The position numbers and the translations under genes were made by a program. DNA of 32,000 nucleotides from Candidatus Omnitrophota bacterium (GTDB taxonomy: Bacteria > Omnitrophota > Gorgyraeia > Duberdicusellales > 4484-171), in contig JAIPHU010000008.1 in the NCBI GenBank assembly GCA_021735045.1, forward strand, positions 1 to 32,000, written 5' to 3'. Of the stretch, positions 18,028 to 26,043 are shown one piece after another; within the stretch, counting starts at the first letter, position 1; the number at the start of each line of letters is the position of its first letter. The notes below the pieces were generated by a model. That model did not search any database and was not told the DNA's origin. It was given only the letters and a program-made list of their open reading frames with translations.

Positions 18028-18085
18028 AAAACTCCTGATTTTAAGTGATTAATTGATTAATTTGTTAATTTGTCAAAAGGCGGGT

Positions 18086-19378
18086 TTAACTTAAATTAAA
18101 CCTTTTATAAATTTTATCTATATTCGACAGATAGTTATAAGGATTAAATATTTTATCCAAGGTTTTTTTGGCTAAAATATTTTTTATCTTTTTGTTGTTA
18201 TATACTTCTTCTTTAAAACTGGAATTATTGTTGATTACCCCTAAAGAAATTTTCTGAACTAAATCATAAGCTTCCATTCTGGATAAACCTTTTTTCATAA
18301 GTTCAGTTAGCACTTTCTGAGAATATACTATCCCTCGATTAAGCTCAATGTTTCTAAGCATATCTTTAGAGTTAACATTTATTCTGGATATAACTTCTTT
18401 AAACTTTTGCAACATATAATCTATAATTATAGTTGAATCAGGAATAATAACCCTTTCTACTGAAGAATGCGAAATATCCCGCTCATGCCAAAGATTTATA
18501 TTTTCAGAAGCAGCAAATGCATTAGATCTAAGTAAACGAGCCAGGCCACAAATTCTTTCTGAAACTATCGGATTTTGTTTATGCGGCATGGCTGATGAAC
18601 CCTTTTGACCCTGGTAAAAAGGCTCTTTTGCTTCATTAACTTCTGTTCTGTGCAGATGCCTTATTTCAGTAGCAAACCTTTCCAGAGTTGATCCGATCAA
18701 AGAAAGTAAAAATAAAAAATAAGCGAACCTCTCTCGCGAAACTATTTGAGTCGAAACTTTTGCCCTGTTGATCCCTATCTTTTTACAAATATAGTCCTCG
18801 GTGCTTGGGCCAAAATAAGCAAATGTCCCTACAGCTCCAGAAATTTTTCCGCAAACTATATAATCAAGGCCATCAGATAATTTTTGCCTTTCTTCTAGTA
18901 GGTCATTATATAAATAAAGAAATTTTAAACCAAAGCTATAAATCTCAGCATGCATCCCATGAGTCCGAGCCATACAAATTGTATCTTTATATTTTATTGC
19001 TTTCTTTTTAGTTATAGCTATCAACTTATCTAGATCAGATAAAATAATCTTACAAGCATCTTTTATCTGCCATGCTAACGTTGTATCTAATAAATCTGAA
19101 GAAGTAAGGCCACGATGAAGAAATTGTGCAGCAGGCCCAATTTGGCTAGATATATGTTTTAGAAAAGCTACAATGTCATGGCGAGTTTTTTTCTCAATAT
19201 CTTTTATCTTGCTAGTTGAGATCTTTACCTTAGAAAACTTTTTACTAGTTCCTTTGGGTATTTTCTTTTGTTTTTCTAGAGCTTCACAAAGCAAGGCTTC
19301 AATTTTTAAAAAACGCCTAAACTTTTCATTTTCTTGCCAAATTTTACCTATTTTCTCGGGGGTATATCTTTTAATCAA
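18086..19378 (-). CDS. purB: Adenylosuccinate lyase
   Basis: 430 aa. Fumarate-lyase signature GSSAMPHKQNP. TTG start (codon 19376-19378) preceded by GGAGG. Confidence 0.95.
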   Translation of the reverse strand: MIKRYTPEKIGKIWQENEKFRRFLKIEALLCEALEKQKKIPKGTSKKFSKVKISTSKIKDIEKKTRHDIVAFLKHISSQIGPAAQFLHRGLTSSDLLDTTLAWQIKDACKIILSDLDKLIAITKKKAIKYKDTICMARTHGMHAEIYSFGLKFLYLYNDLLEERQKLSDGLDYIVCGKISGAVGTFAYFGPSTEDYICKKIGINRAKVSTQIVSRERFAYFLFLLSLIGSTLERFATEIRHLHRTEVNEAKEPFYQGQKGSSAMPHKQNPIVSERICGLARLLRSNAFAASENINLWHERDISHSSVERVIIPDSTIIIDYMLQKFKEVISRINVNSKDMLRNIELNRGIVYSQKVLTELMKKGLSRMEAYDLVQKISLGVINNNSSFKEEVYNNKKIKNILAKKTLDKIFNPYNYLSNIDKIYKRFNLS

Positions 19379-19456
19379 ACTTGCCTCCTGTATAAATTTT
19401 GCGGGAATCTAATATATAGTATGTTAATGTACTGGTTTGCTCCTATATAGAATACA

Positions 19457-19485
19457 ATATTAGCAGAAGTGGCTAAACCAGTCAA
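19457..19485 (-). promoter_or_regulatory. Sigma70-type promoter candidate for purB and downstream pur genes
   Basis: Minus strand reads TTGACT (19485-19480), a 17-nt spacer, then TAATAT (19462-19457). It lies in the only sizeable gap upstream of purB, giving a predicted leader of about 70 nt. Confidence 0.5.
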
Positions 19486-19497
19486 TTAAAATATATT

Positions 19498-20292
19498 TCA
19501 AAAACTTTCCTGGTCTGAGGGGAAAGTTCCTTTTTTTATGGCTTGATCAAATGAATTTATTGCTTTTTTTACTTGTCTAGATAAATCAAAAAAAGTTCTT
19601 ACAAACTTCATATTATTAGGATAAAGGCCCAATAGATCGTACAAAACTAAAACTTGACCTTTACAATATTTTCCTGCACCAATGCCAATAGTAGGAATAT
19701 CTAGGCTATCAGTAATCTCTTTGGCAATATCTTTTTTTATACATTCTAAAACAATACTAAATACACCTAAGTCTTGTAGTTGTTCGGCCTGCTTGATTAA
19801 ATTATTAGCAGATTCTCTATCTTTACCTTGCACCTTGTATCCACCTAAAAGATGAACCGTCTGGGGAGTAAGCCCAATATGGCCCATAACCCAAATATTA
19901 TTTTTTACTAAATCCTTAACTATTTTTTTGCAGCCTCTAAACCACTCTATTTTAACTCCGTCAGCTCCAGCTTGAATAAATTTTTTTGCAACTTCTAAGG
20001 GTTTACTAGATTTTTTTTGACAGCCTAAATAAGGAATATCAGCAATGACTAATTTATCTGGTGCCCCTTTAGAAACTGCTTGAGTATGATTAAGCATCTC
20101 CTCGATAGTTACTTCTTTTGTATCAGAAAGGCCTAAAGAAACATTCGCTAAAGAATCTCCTACTAAAATAATATCAACGTTAGTTTGAGCTAAGGCACAG
20201 GCAAAAGAATAATCATAGCAAGTAACCATCGATATCCTTTTTTCTCTGGATATAACTTGTTCAATTTTTGGTTTATTTTTTTTCATGCTCAT
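19498..20292 (-). CDS. panB: 3-methyl-2-oxobutanoate hydroxymethyltransferase
   Basis: 264 aa. Motifs MVTCYDYSFA, ILVGDSL and GADGVKIE. The start is at 20292 or at the in-frame ATG at 20286. No clear SD. Confidence 0.93.
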   Translation of the reverse strand: MSMKKNKPKIEQVISREKRISMVTCYDYSFACALAQTNVDIILVGDSLANVSLGLSDTKEVTIEEMLNHTQAVSKGAPDKLVIADIPYLGCQKKSSKPLEVAKKFIQAGADGVKIEWFRGCKKIVKDLVKNNIWVMGHIGLTPQTVHLLGGYKVQGKDRESANNLIKQAEQLQDLGVFSIVLECIKKDIAKEITDSLDIPTIGIGAGKYCKGQVLVLYDLLGLYPNNMKFVRTFFDLSRQVKKAINSFDQAIKKGTFPSDQESF

Positions 20293-20301
20293 CTTAATTT
20301 A

Positions 20302-20455
20302 AAAAAGGGGACGTTTCCCTAATTTATAACTTTTTGGCTAACAAGAACTTACAACTCAACGTTTTTCAACTATTTCCCCTTTTTACTTTGAAAAACCCTC
20401 TTTTATAACTTGTTTGCTATCAATAACTTATATAAGAGGGAAACGTCCCCTTTTT
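20302..20455. repeat. 154-bp element bounded by perfect 19-bp inverted repeats, filling the apbE-panB spacer (MITE-like element or structured panB leader/attenuator)
   Basis: aaaaaggggacgtttccct (20302-20320) is the exact reverse complement of agggaaacgtccccttttt (20437-20455), with a 116-nt interior. tccccttttt recurs internally at 20375-20384. The existence of the repeat is certain, but its nature is unknown. Confidence 0.6.
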
Positions 20456-20456
20456 G

Positions 20457-21389
20457 TTAGTTTATTTTTTCTATTCCAGTTTTGGTTACAAAATAAGCAG
20501 TAATCGCCGGGTCATCCTTTATAATTCCTTTTGCAAATTCTTTTCCATTTATAAAAAAAGTTGTAGCCAGCACATCTGCTTTCATGCATTCATCTGCTAC
20601 AACCGTTACCCCTAAAAATTTTTTATCAATTGGATAGCCGGTTCGCGGATCAACGATATGAGAATAACTCTTGGCGGACTTTTCATAAAGTTGTTCATAG
20701 TTACCTGACGTTGCAACGGCAGCATCAGTTACTTCTATAATTTTGGCAATACTGCCTGAACCTTTTATCCCAACCTGCCAGGGTTTCCCTTGATTTTTAC
20801 CCAAACAATACAACTCTCCGCCAGCATTAACCAAAGCATTCTTTACCCCATTTTTTTTTAACTTTAATACAGCTTTATCTACCATATAGCCTTTGGCAAT
20901 ACCTGAAAAATCAAAAGTTATCCGATCGTCTTTGATTTTAATTGTTTTGTCCGGCTCATTAAGTTTAACACTATCAAGACCTCCAACATCTTTTAGTTGT
21001 GCCACTTTAACTGAATCGGGAAGTTTAGTGTTTTGTTTATCTTTTCCCCATTTTTTCCAAAAACTATATAACTTAGCTTTTGTTATATCAAAAGCCCCCT
21101 GGCTTAGTTTATAATATTTTTTAGCTGCTTTTATAAGTTCGATTAGTTCATCAGACAGCTTATAAACTCCATTTTTACTTTTATTTAACCGATAACTTTC
21201 AGATTTCTTGTTATAACTATTAAATATTAAATCTAACCTGCTGAACTCTTGGTAGACAAGTTTTGCAGCACGTTTATCCCGAGATTGTACTTCCAGATAT
21301 GTACCAGATATAATAAATCTATCTTTGTTTAGGGAAGGTGTACAAGAAAGAAAAAATAAGAAAAATAAAATTATAGCTTTTTTAAGCAT
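20457..21389 (-). CDS. apbE: FAD:protein FMN transferase (ApbE family lipoprotein)
   Basis: 310 aa. Signal peptide with lipobox FLSC. ApbE motifs FSGIAKGYMVDKA and ATSGNYE. Confidence 0.9.
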   Translation of the reverse strand: MLKKAIILFFLFFLSCTPSLNKDRFIISGTYLEVQSRDKRAAKLVYQEFSRLDLIFNSYNKKSESYRLNKSKNGVYKLSDELIELIKAAKKYYKLSQGAFDITKAKLYSFWKKWGKDKQNTKLPDSVKVAQLKDVGGLDSVKLNEPDKTIKIKDDRITFDFSGIAKGYMVDKAVLKLKKNGVKNALVNAGGELYCLGKNQGKPWQVGIKGSGSIAKIIEVTDAAVATSGNYEQLYEKSAKSYSHIVDPRTGYPIDKKFLGVTVVADECMKADVLATTFFINGKEFAKGIIKDDPAITAYFVTKTGIEKIN

Positions 21390-21409
21390 TTATGTTCTGC
21401 TTTATATTC

Positions 21410-21841
21410 TTAGCGCTTTTTTATAAAAGTAGCTACGACTTTATTTTTTATACCGCCTCGACAACTAAATTCAGCAGTTACTTCTATCTTTCGGGGTTTT
21501 AATACTTTTTTTAAATCTTCAACTATTTTATTTACGACATGTTCATTGTAAATCTTTACATTGCGAAATGCATAAATATAGTATTTTAAAGATTTCAACT
21601 CAATCAATTTTTTATAAGGCGTATATTGTATTGTTAAACAAGCAAAATCAGGAAGGCCAGAATAAGGACAGACACAACTAAACTCTTGCGAACTTAATTG
21701 AATATTGATTATTTTTTTTGGGTATTGATAAGAAATAGTCTGCAAAATTGAAGTATCAATATCTTCAGGCAAAAAACTTTTTGATACAGTCTTTTTTGCT
21801 TTTTTTTCTATCGGAGATACTTTTCGTTTTTCATAAATCAT
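21410..21841 (-). CDS. queF: NADPH-dependent 7-cyano-7-deazaguanine reductase (type I QueF)
   Basis: 143 aa. Catalytic Cys context FSCVCPYSGLPDF and the QueF motif ELKSLKYY. Confidence 0.92.
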   Translation of the reverse strand: MIYEKRKVSPIEKKAKKTVSKSFLPEDIDTSILQTISYQYPKKIINIQLSSQEFSCVCPYSGLPDFACLTIQYTPYKKLIELKSLKYYIYAFRNVKIYNEHVVNKIVEDLKKVLKPRKIEVTAEFSCRGGIKNKVVATFIKKR

Positions 21842-21849
21842 AGCGTTTT

Positions 21850-21877
21850 ATTATACCAAAATTACTTTTTATTTCCA
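21850..21877 (-). promoter_or_regulatory. Extended -10 promoter candidate immediately upstream of queF
   Basis: Minus strand reads TGGAAA (21877-21872), a 16-nt spacer, then TGGTATAAT (21858-21850). Only 8 nt (AAAACGCT) separate the -10 from the queF ATG, and there is no SD. Confidence 0.35.
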
Positions 21878-21898
21878 CCCTTCTTCTTAATCTCAAAA

Positions 21899-22663
21899 CT
21901 AAAGCGATGAAACAAACTTTGAAGCCAAAGGGTGAGGAAATAATAAACTTCTTTGGAATAGATTCCCTAAATCAAAATGATAAGCTAGAAACTTCTCAAT
22001 AATCTCTGCTATTTCTTTTTGACAATGCGAACTTAACTGGAGACGGCTAGCAACTGCTATTGAATTATTTTGTATATAGTTAAATGCTTTTGATGTTTCT
22101 TTACTTATGCTTTTATAGTCTTTATAGTTTTTACAGCATTCAAAACAAAGAAGCCCACCCCGTCTAGTACTAAAAAAACGGGGGCCTTTAATTAATTTTT
22201 GACAAATTATACAATGATTTAACTCTGGTTTTATACCAGCTAGAGTTAAAAATTTAATCAAGAAGAGATAAAATGCTTTAGTATAGTCCTTTTCAATTAA
22301 ACGCATACAATGAAAAACAAGATTAAAGATATATCTATTTTTATCCCAAAGCTGCATAGTCTTATCTAATAATTTGAAAAAAAATCCAGCTACTGCAGCT
22401 TTTTCTAAACTATCTTTTAAGTAAGAAAACTCAGCAATAAGATCTGCCTGTGATACTAACCAAATTTCACTTTCTTTAGGATAAAATATAAATTCATTTA
22501 AGCTAAAGATATCTAAAGAAGTAGAAAACTCTTTTTTTTGCCGGTAAAAACCCTTAAATATTCCTCTAATTTTGCCAAAGTTATGTAGATAAAGAGTAGC
22601 AATCGTGCTTGTCTCACCGAAATTAAATCTTTTTAAAACAAAACCTATATCTTTTTTAATCAT
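21899..22663 (-). CDS. recO: DNA repair protein RecO
   Basis: 254 aa. N-terminal OB-like region (GFVLKRFNFGETS) and a Cys4 zinc motif (CIICQK...CFEC). Overlaps the ybeY stop by 1 nt. Confidence 0.88.
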   Translation of the reverse strand: MIKKDIGFVLKRFNFGETSTIATLYLHNFGKIRGIFKGFYRQKKEFSTSLDIFSLNEFIFYPKESEIWLVSQADLIAEFSYLKDSLEKAAVAGFFFKLLDKTMQLWDKNRYIFNLVFHCMRLIEKDYTKAFYLFLIKFLTLAGIKPELNHCIICQKLIKGPRFFSTRRGGLLCFECCKNYKDYKSISKETSKAFNYIQNNSIAVASRLQLSSHCQKEIAEIIEKFLAYHFDLGNLFQRSLLFPHPLASKFVSSL

Positions 22664-23091
22664 TAGCCTACTTCTATTTTTTTAAATTTAGCAAGAACTT
22701 TTTGCTGTTTTTTTTCCATTTTTTTTCTTTGCAGAAGAGTTTTATCCTTAAAACCGATAAGATGTAATATACCATGAATAGTATAAAGCAATAGTTCTTT
22801 TTGCCAATTAAGCTGCAGTTCTTCTGCCACCAAAACTGCTTCCTCCACCGAAACGACCACCTCTCCTAAATAGTTTGGTTCCAGATCATCAGCTAAGGGA
22901 AATGAGATAACATCAGTAACGGCGTTTTTATTAAAATGGTTATAATTTAACTCCGTTATAAACTGATTGTTGCAAAAAACAAAAGAAGCTTTTTTTTCTT
23001 TAATTGAAAGATAAAAAAATATCTTTTTTAAATATCTTTTTAAATTTTTTGTATTTAATTTTTTGATTTTTTGTTGATTCAATATTTCCAT
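22663..23091 (-). CDS. ybeY: Endoribonuclease YbeY (rRNA maturation factor)
   Basis: 142 aa. Motifs TDVISFP and HGILHLIGFKD. The usual third zinc-binding His of H-x3-H-x5-H is Asp here. Confidence 0.88.
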   Translation of the reverse strand: MEILNQQKIKKLNTKNLKRYLKKIFFYLSIKEKKASFVFCNNQFITELNYNHFNKNAVTDVISFPLADDLEPNYLGEVVVSVEEAVLVAEELQLNWQKELLLYTIHGILHLIGFKDKTLLQRKKMEKKQQKVLAKFKKIEVG

Positions 23092-23111
23092 GTAAAATCT
23101 AATATATCCTC

Positions 23112-23150
23112 ATAAAAATATGTAGGGCAGATTGCAATGTGCCCCTACAT
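23112..23150 (-). terminator. Rho-independent terminator candidate between pgpH and ybeY
   Basis: Minus strand reads TGTAGGGGCA-CATTGCAATC-TGCCCTACA (9 bp plus a 1-nt bulge), followed by TATTTTTAT. Confidence 0.5.
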
Positions 23151-23154
23151 TTAT

Positions 23155-24513
23155 TTAACCATTTTTCTTATCTTTGGGATAATTAATTCTGGTATGAAAT
23201 GTTGCAGTTAATATACGGATAAAACTTTGGGTAATTTTTTCTAGATCTTTTAAGGTGAGGTTACTTTCGTCTAATTCACCTTCCATAAAACGTTTCTTTA
23301 CAACTTCTCTAATCATCTCCTCTATCCTAGCCGGATTCGGCTCAGAAACCGTTCGCGAAATTGCCTCTACTGAATCAGCCAAAGCTACGATAGCAATTTC
23401 TTTAGATTGAGGCTTAGGCCCAGGGTATTTATACTCTTCCTCATGCTTAAGGTCAGGTTCAATCTCTTTGGCCCGATGATAAAAATAGTAGACTAAAGTT
23501 TTACCGTGATGTTGACGAATAAAGTTAATTATTTGGGGATTAATATGATATTTCTTAGCCAATTCAACCCCTTCTTTAACATGATTAAAAATAATCAGTT
23601 TACTCATAGAAGGTTTCAATTTTTTATGCATATCTTTATAGTTTACCAAATTTTCTACAAAATATTGAGGTTTAATCAACTTTCCTATATCATGATAGTA
23701 AGCACCTACCCGAACAAGCAACGAATTAGCTCCAATAGATTCTGCTGCCGCCTCACTTAAATTAGCCATAACTAAAGAATGCTGGTAAGTCCCCGGGGCT
23801 TCTAATATTAGGCGCCTCATTAAAGGATGGTTGAAGTCCGAAAGCTCAAGTAAAGAGATATTAGTAAGCACTTTAAATATGAATTCAAAAATAGGAAGTA
23901 TACCTAAGACAATAATTGAAGACAAAATGCCATTAATCAAACATATCTTAAGTAGCCCTAAATCTATCGTAGAAAATACTAAAAAACTATTCTTACCTTC
24001 TAAAATATAGGCAATAATAAATTGGACAACTCCGGCTAAAAATCCAGCTCGAATCACCTGAAACCTTCTCCTAACCCGAAAGCTAAACAAAGAAGCTACC
24101 AAGGAAGCTATAAATAAACTCAAAGCTACACTAAAACTCCGATCAGAAACTTCACCAGCCAAAATAGCAATAAAAAGCGAAAAAACAAATGATAGCTCTA
24201 AATTTTCAAATAATAAAGTAATTAAAATGGCAAAACCTATAGCGGCTATCCCATAACCAGGTATCTTAAATATTATTGTGGTAAGTACCGGAACTAAAAT
24301 GGCAATTATAGTAAGTATGGATAAGTCTAGAAAAAACGGTAAGTTGTCTGGTTTACGAAAAAATTGTAAATAAATAAACAATACTGCAATTAATGCTAGC
24401 AAGGAAAAATTAATTGAATAAAGGAAAAAAATAAAAGCTGCAACCAAAAAGAAAGCACAGCCAATTATTGTATGTTTAAGATTTATTTTATTTTTACCTA
24501 ATGAAATATTCAT
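23155..24513 (-). CDS. pgpH: 7TM-HD membrane phosphohydrolase (PgpH/YqfF family, cyclic-di-AMP phosphodiesterase-like), short form
   Basis: 452 aa. About 7 predicted TM helices are followed by an HD domain (HSLVMANL..., GAYYHDIGK, HHG). It sits in the conserved phoH-pgpH-ybeY position. Confidence 0.82.
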   Translation of the reverse strand: MNISLGKNKINLKHTIIGCAFFLVAAFIFFLYSINFSLLALIAVLFIYLQFFRKPDNLPFFLDLSILTIIAILVPVLTTIIFKIPGYGIAAIGFAILITLLFENLELSFVFSLFIAILAGEVSDRSFSVALSLFIASLVASLFSFRVRRRFQVIRAGFLAGVVQFIIAYILEGKNSFLVFSTIDLGLLKICLINGILSSIIVLGILPIFEFIFKVLTNISLLELSDFNHPLMRRLILEAPGTYQHSLVMANLSEAAAESIGANSLLVRVGAYYHDIGKLIKPQYFVENLVNYKDMHKKLKPSMSKLIIFNHVKEGVELAKKYHINPQIINFIRQHHGKTLVYYFYHRAKEIEPDLKHEEEYKYPGPKPQSKEIAIVALADSVEAISRTVSEPNPARIEEMIREVVKKRFMEGELDESNLTLKDLEKITQSFIRILTATFHTRINYPKDKKNG

Positions 24514-24518
24514 ATTTT

Positions 24519-25484
24519 TTAAAGTTTGCTATTGTAAAAATTTTCATAGGCTTGAATTATCTCTTGGATCAAAGGATGCCTTACCACATCTTTACCTTTT
24601 AGCTCAACAAATTCTATTCCTTCAATTTTTTTTAATATATTTTTAGCTTCAAGCAAACCTGTAGGTTTGCCACCCGGTAAATCACTTTGGGTGATATCTC
24701 CGGTAATTACTGTTTTAGAATCAAATCCCAACCGAGTTAAAAACATCCGTAGCTGTTCTGATGTACAATTCTGAGCTTCATCTAAAATAACAAAGGCATT
24801 ATTAAGACTTCTGCCTCTCATATAAGCTAAGGGAGCTATCTCTATTATTCCAGCCTCAAGGTATTCTTCGATAACCTCAACATCCATCATATCATATAAA
24901 GCATCATATAAAGGACGCAAATAAGGATTAAGCTTCTCCTGCATGCTTCCTGGTAAATACCCTAGGGATTCTCCAGCTTCAATAGCAGGGCGAGTAAGGA
25001 TAATCCTGCGCACTTTTTTATCAAGAAGATAGTTTACAGCCATAGCCATAGCTAAATAAGTCTTACCAGTACCAGCCGGGCCAGTGGTAATAACAATATC
25101 GCTCTGGTTTATTGAGTCAATATAGGTAGCTTGGCCCTTTGTTTTAGGAAAAACTTGCTGTTTAGTTCCAGAAAATACTTTTATGCCGCCTTCAGTTATT
25201 TTTTTATTTTTTTGTTTAGAAAAATTAGAGTTTTCATCAAAATGAAGAAGCTTAATCAGCTCTTTTTGGGAAAGGACAAAACCTTTCTGGGCTAACTTAA
25301 TAATCTTATTTATCTGGCCTAAAGCCTTTTTCATCTTAGGCTTTTTTCCTTCGACAGATAAGCCTTGAGAAGTCAAATAAACAGAAACACCTAACTCCTT
25401 TTCGAGTAGTTTTAAATTATTATCTCTGGGGCCAAAAATAAATTTAAGTTGGGAAGAATCTTCTATAGGAATTATTTTACGCAT
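24519..25484 (-). CDS. phoH: PhoH-like ATPase
   Basis: 321 aa. Walker A GPAGTGKTYLA, Walker B ILDEAQN, and an N-terminal KH-like segment. Confidence 0.93.
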   Translation of the reverse strand: MRKIIPIEDSSQLKFIFGPRDNNLKLLEKELGVSVYLTSQGLSVEGKKPKMKKALGQINKIIKLAQKGFVLSQKELIKLLHFDENSNFSKQKNKKITEGGIKVFSGTKQQVFPKTKGQATYIDSINQSDIVITTGPAGTGKTYLAMAMAVNYLLDKKVRRIILTRPAIEAGESLGYLPGSMQEKLNPYLRPLYDALYDMMDVEVIEEYLEAGIIEIAPLAYMRGRSLNNAFVILDEAQNCTSEQLRMFLTRLGFDSKTVITGDITQSDLPGGKPTGLLEAKNILKKIEGIEFVELKGKDVVRHPLIQEIIQAYENFYNSKL

Positions 25485-25494
25485 ACAAAAGATC

Positions 25495-26013
25495 TTATTT
25501 TAAAATAGGTACTTTAATAGTTGTCCCTGGATATATTTTATCGGGACTTTTTAAAGTATCTTTGTTTTCTTGATAAATAAGCTCCCATTTTTTTGTTGTA
25601 CCGTAAAATTTACGTGATATTTTTTGTAAAGTATCATTTTCTTTAATAGTATAGTCTTGATAATCATATTCAGAAGATGCCATATCATATTCTTTAGTTT
25701 TTATTTGAGGGGCCATAATTTCTTCTTCCTGATAAGTTTCCTCTTGATAAACCTCCTGCTGAAAAGATTCTTTTGTTCTTTTTGTATCGGTAACTGTTTC
25801 TTTTGATTTAGGCCCAAATTCAAACTCTAAAACTGAAACCTTTCGGGTTGTACCTAACTGACTTTCTTTTTTGGCCTCTCCTGCCTCTCCAACCAAATAA
25901 CCTTGGTTGCCTTCTATATCTGTATCTTTACGCGGTTTTTCAACCGTATAAGTTCTAACCCTCATACATCCAGCTAAAAATATAATCAATAATAAAACTA
26001 ATATTTTTTTCAT
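25495..26013 (-). CDS. LysM-domain lipoprotein
   Basis: 172 aa. Lipobox LAGC, an acidic YQEE-rich linker and a C-terminal LysM domain (YTIKENDTLQKISRKFYG...YPGTTIKVP). Confidence 0.8.
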   Translation of the reverse strand: MKKILVLLLIIFLAGCMRVRTYTVEKPRKDTDIEGNQGYLVGEAGEAKKESQLGTTRKVSVLEFEFGPKSKETVTDTKRTKESFQQEVYQEETYQEEEIMAPQIKTKEYDMASSEYDYQDYTIKENDTLQKISRKFYGTTKKWELIYQENKDTLKSPDKIYPGTTIKVPILK

Positions 26014-26043
26014 CTACCAACCTCCTTTTAAAACCTATTTTCT

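Noticed and set aside
18048-18076. TTGACA-17 nt-ATTAAT on the minus strand between purB and purSL, as an internal promoter
   Set aside because: The -35 is perfect but the -10 is weak. The gap is only 58 nt inside an apparently co-transcribed cluster, and such matches are expected by chance at this base composition. It is not reported as a feature.
19379-19456. A purine (guanine/adenine) riboswitch in the purB leader
   Set aside because: The predicted leader is about 70 nt. It shows only a short TCTATATA/TATATTAGA pairing around about 25 nt, with no three-way junction or conserved loop-loop nucleotides.
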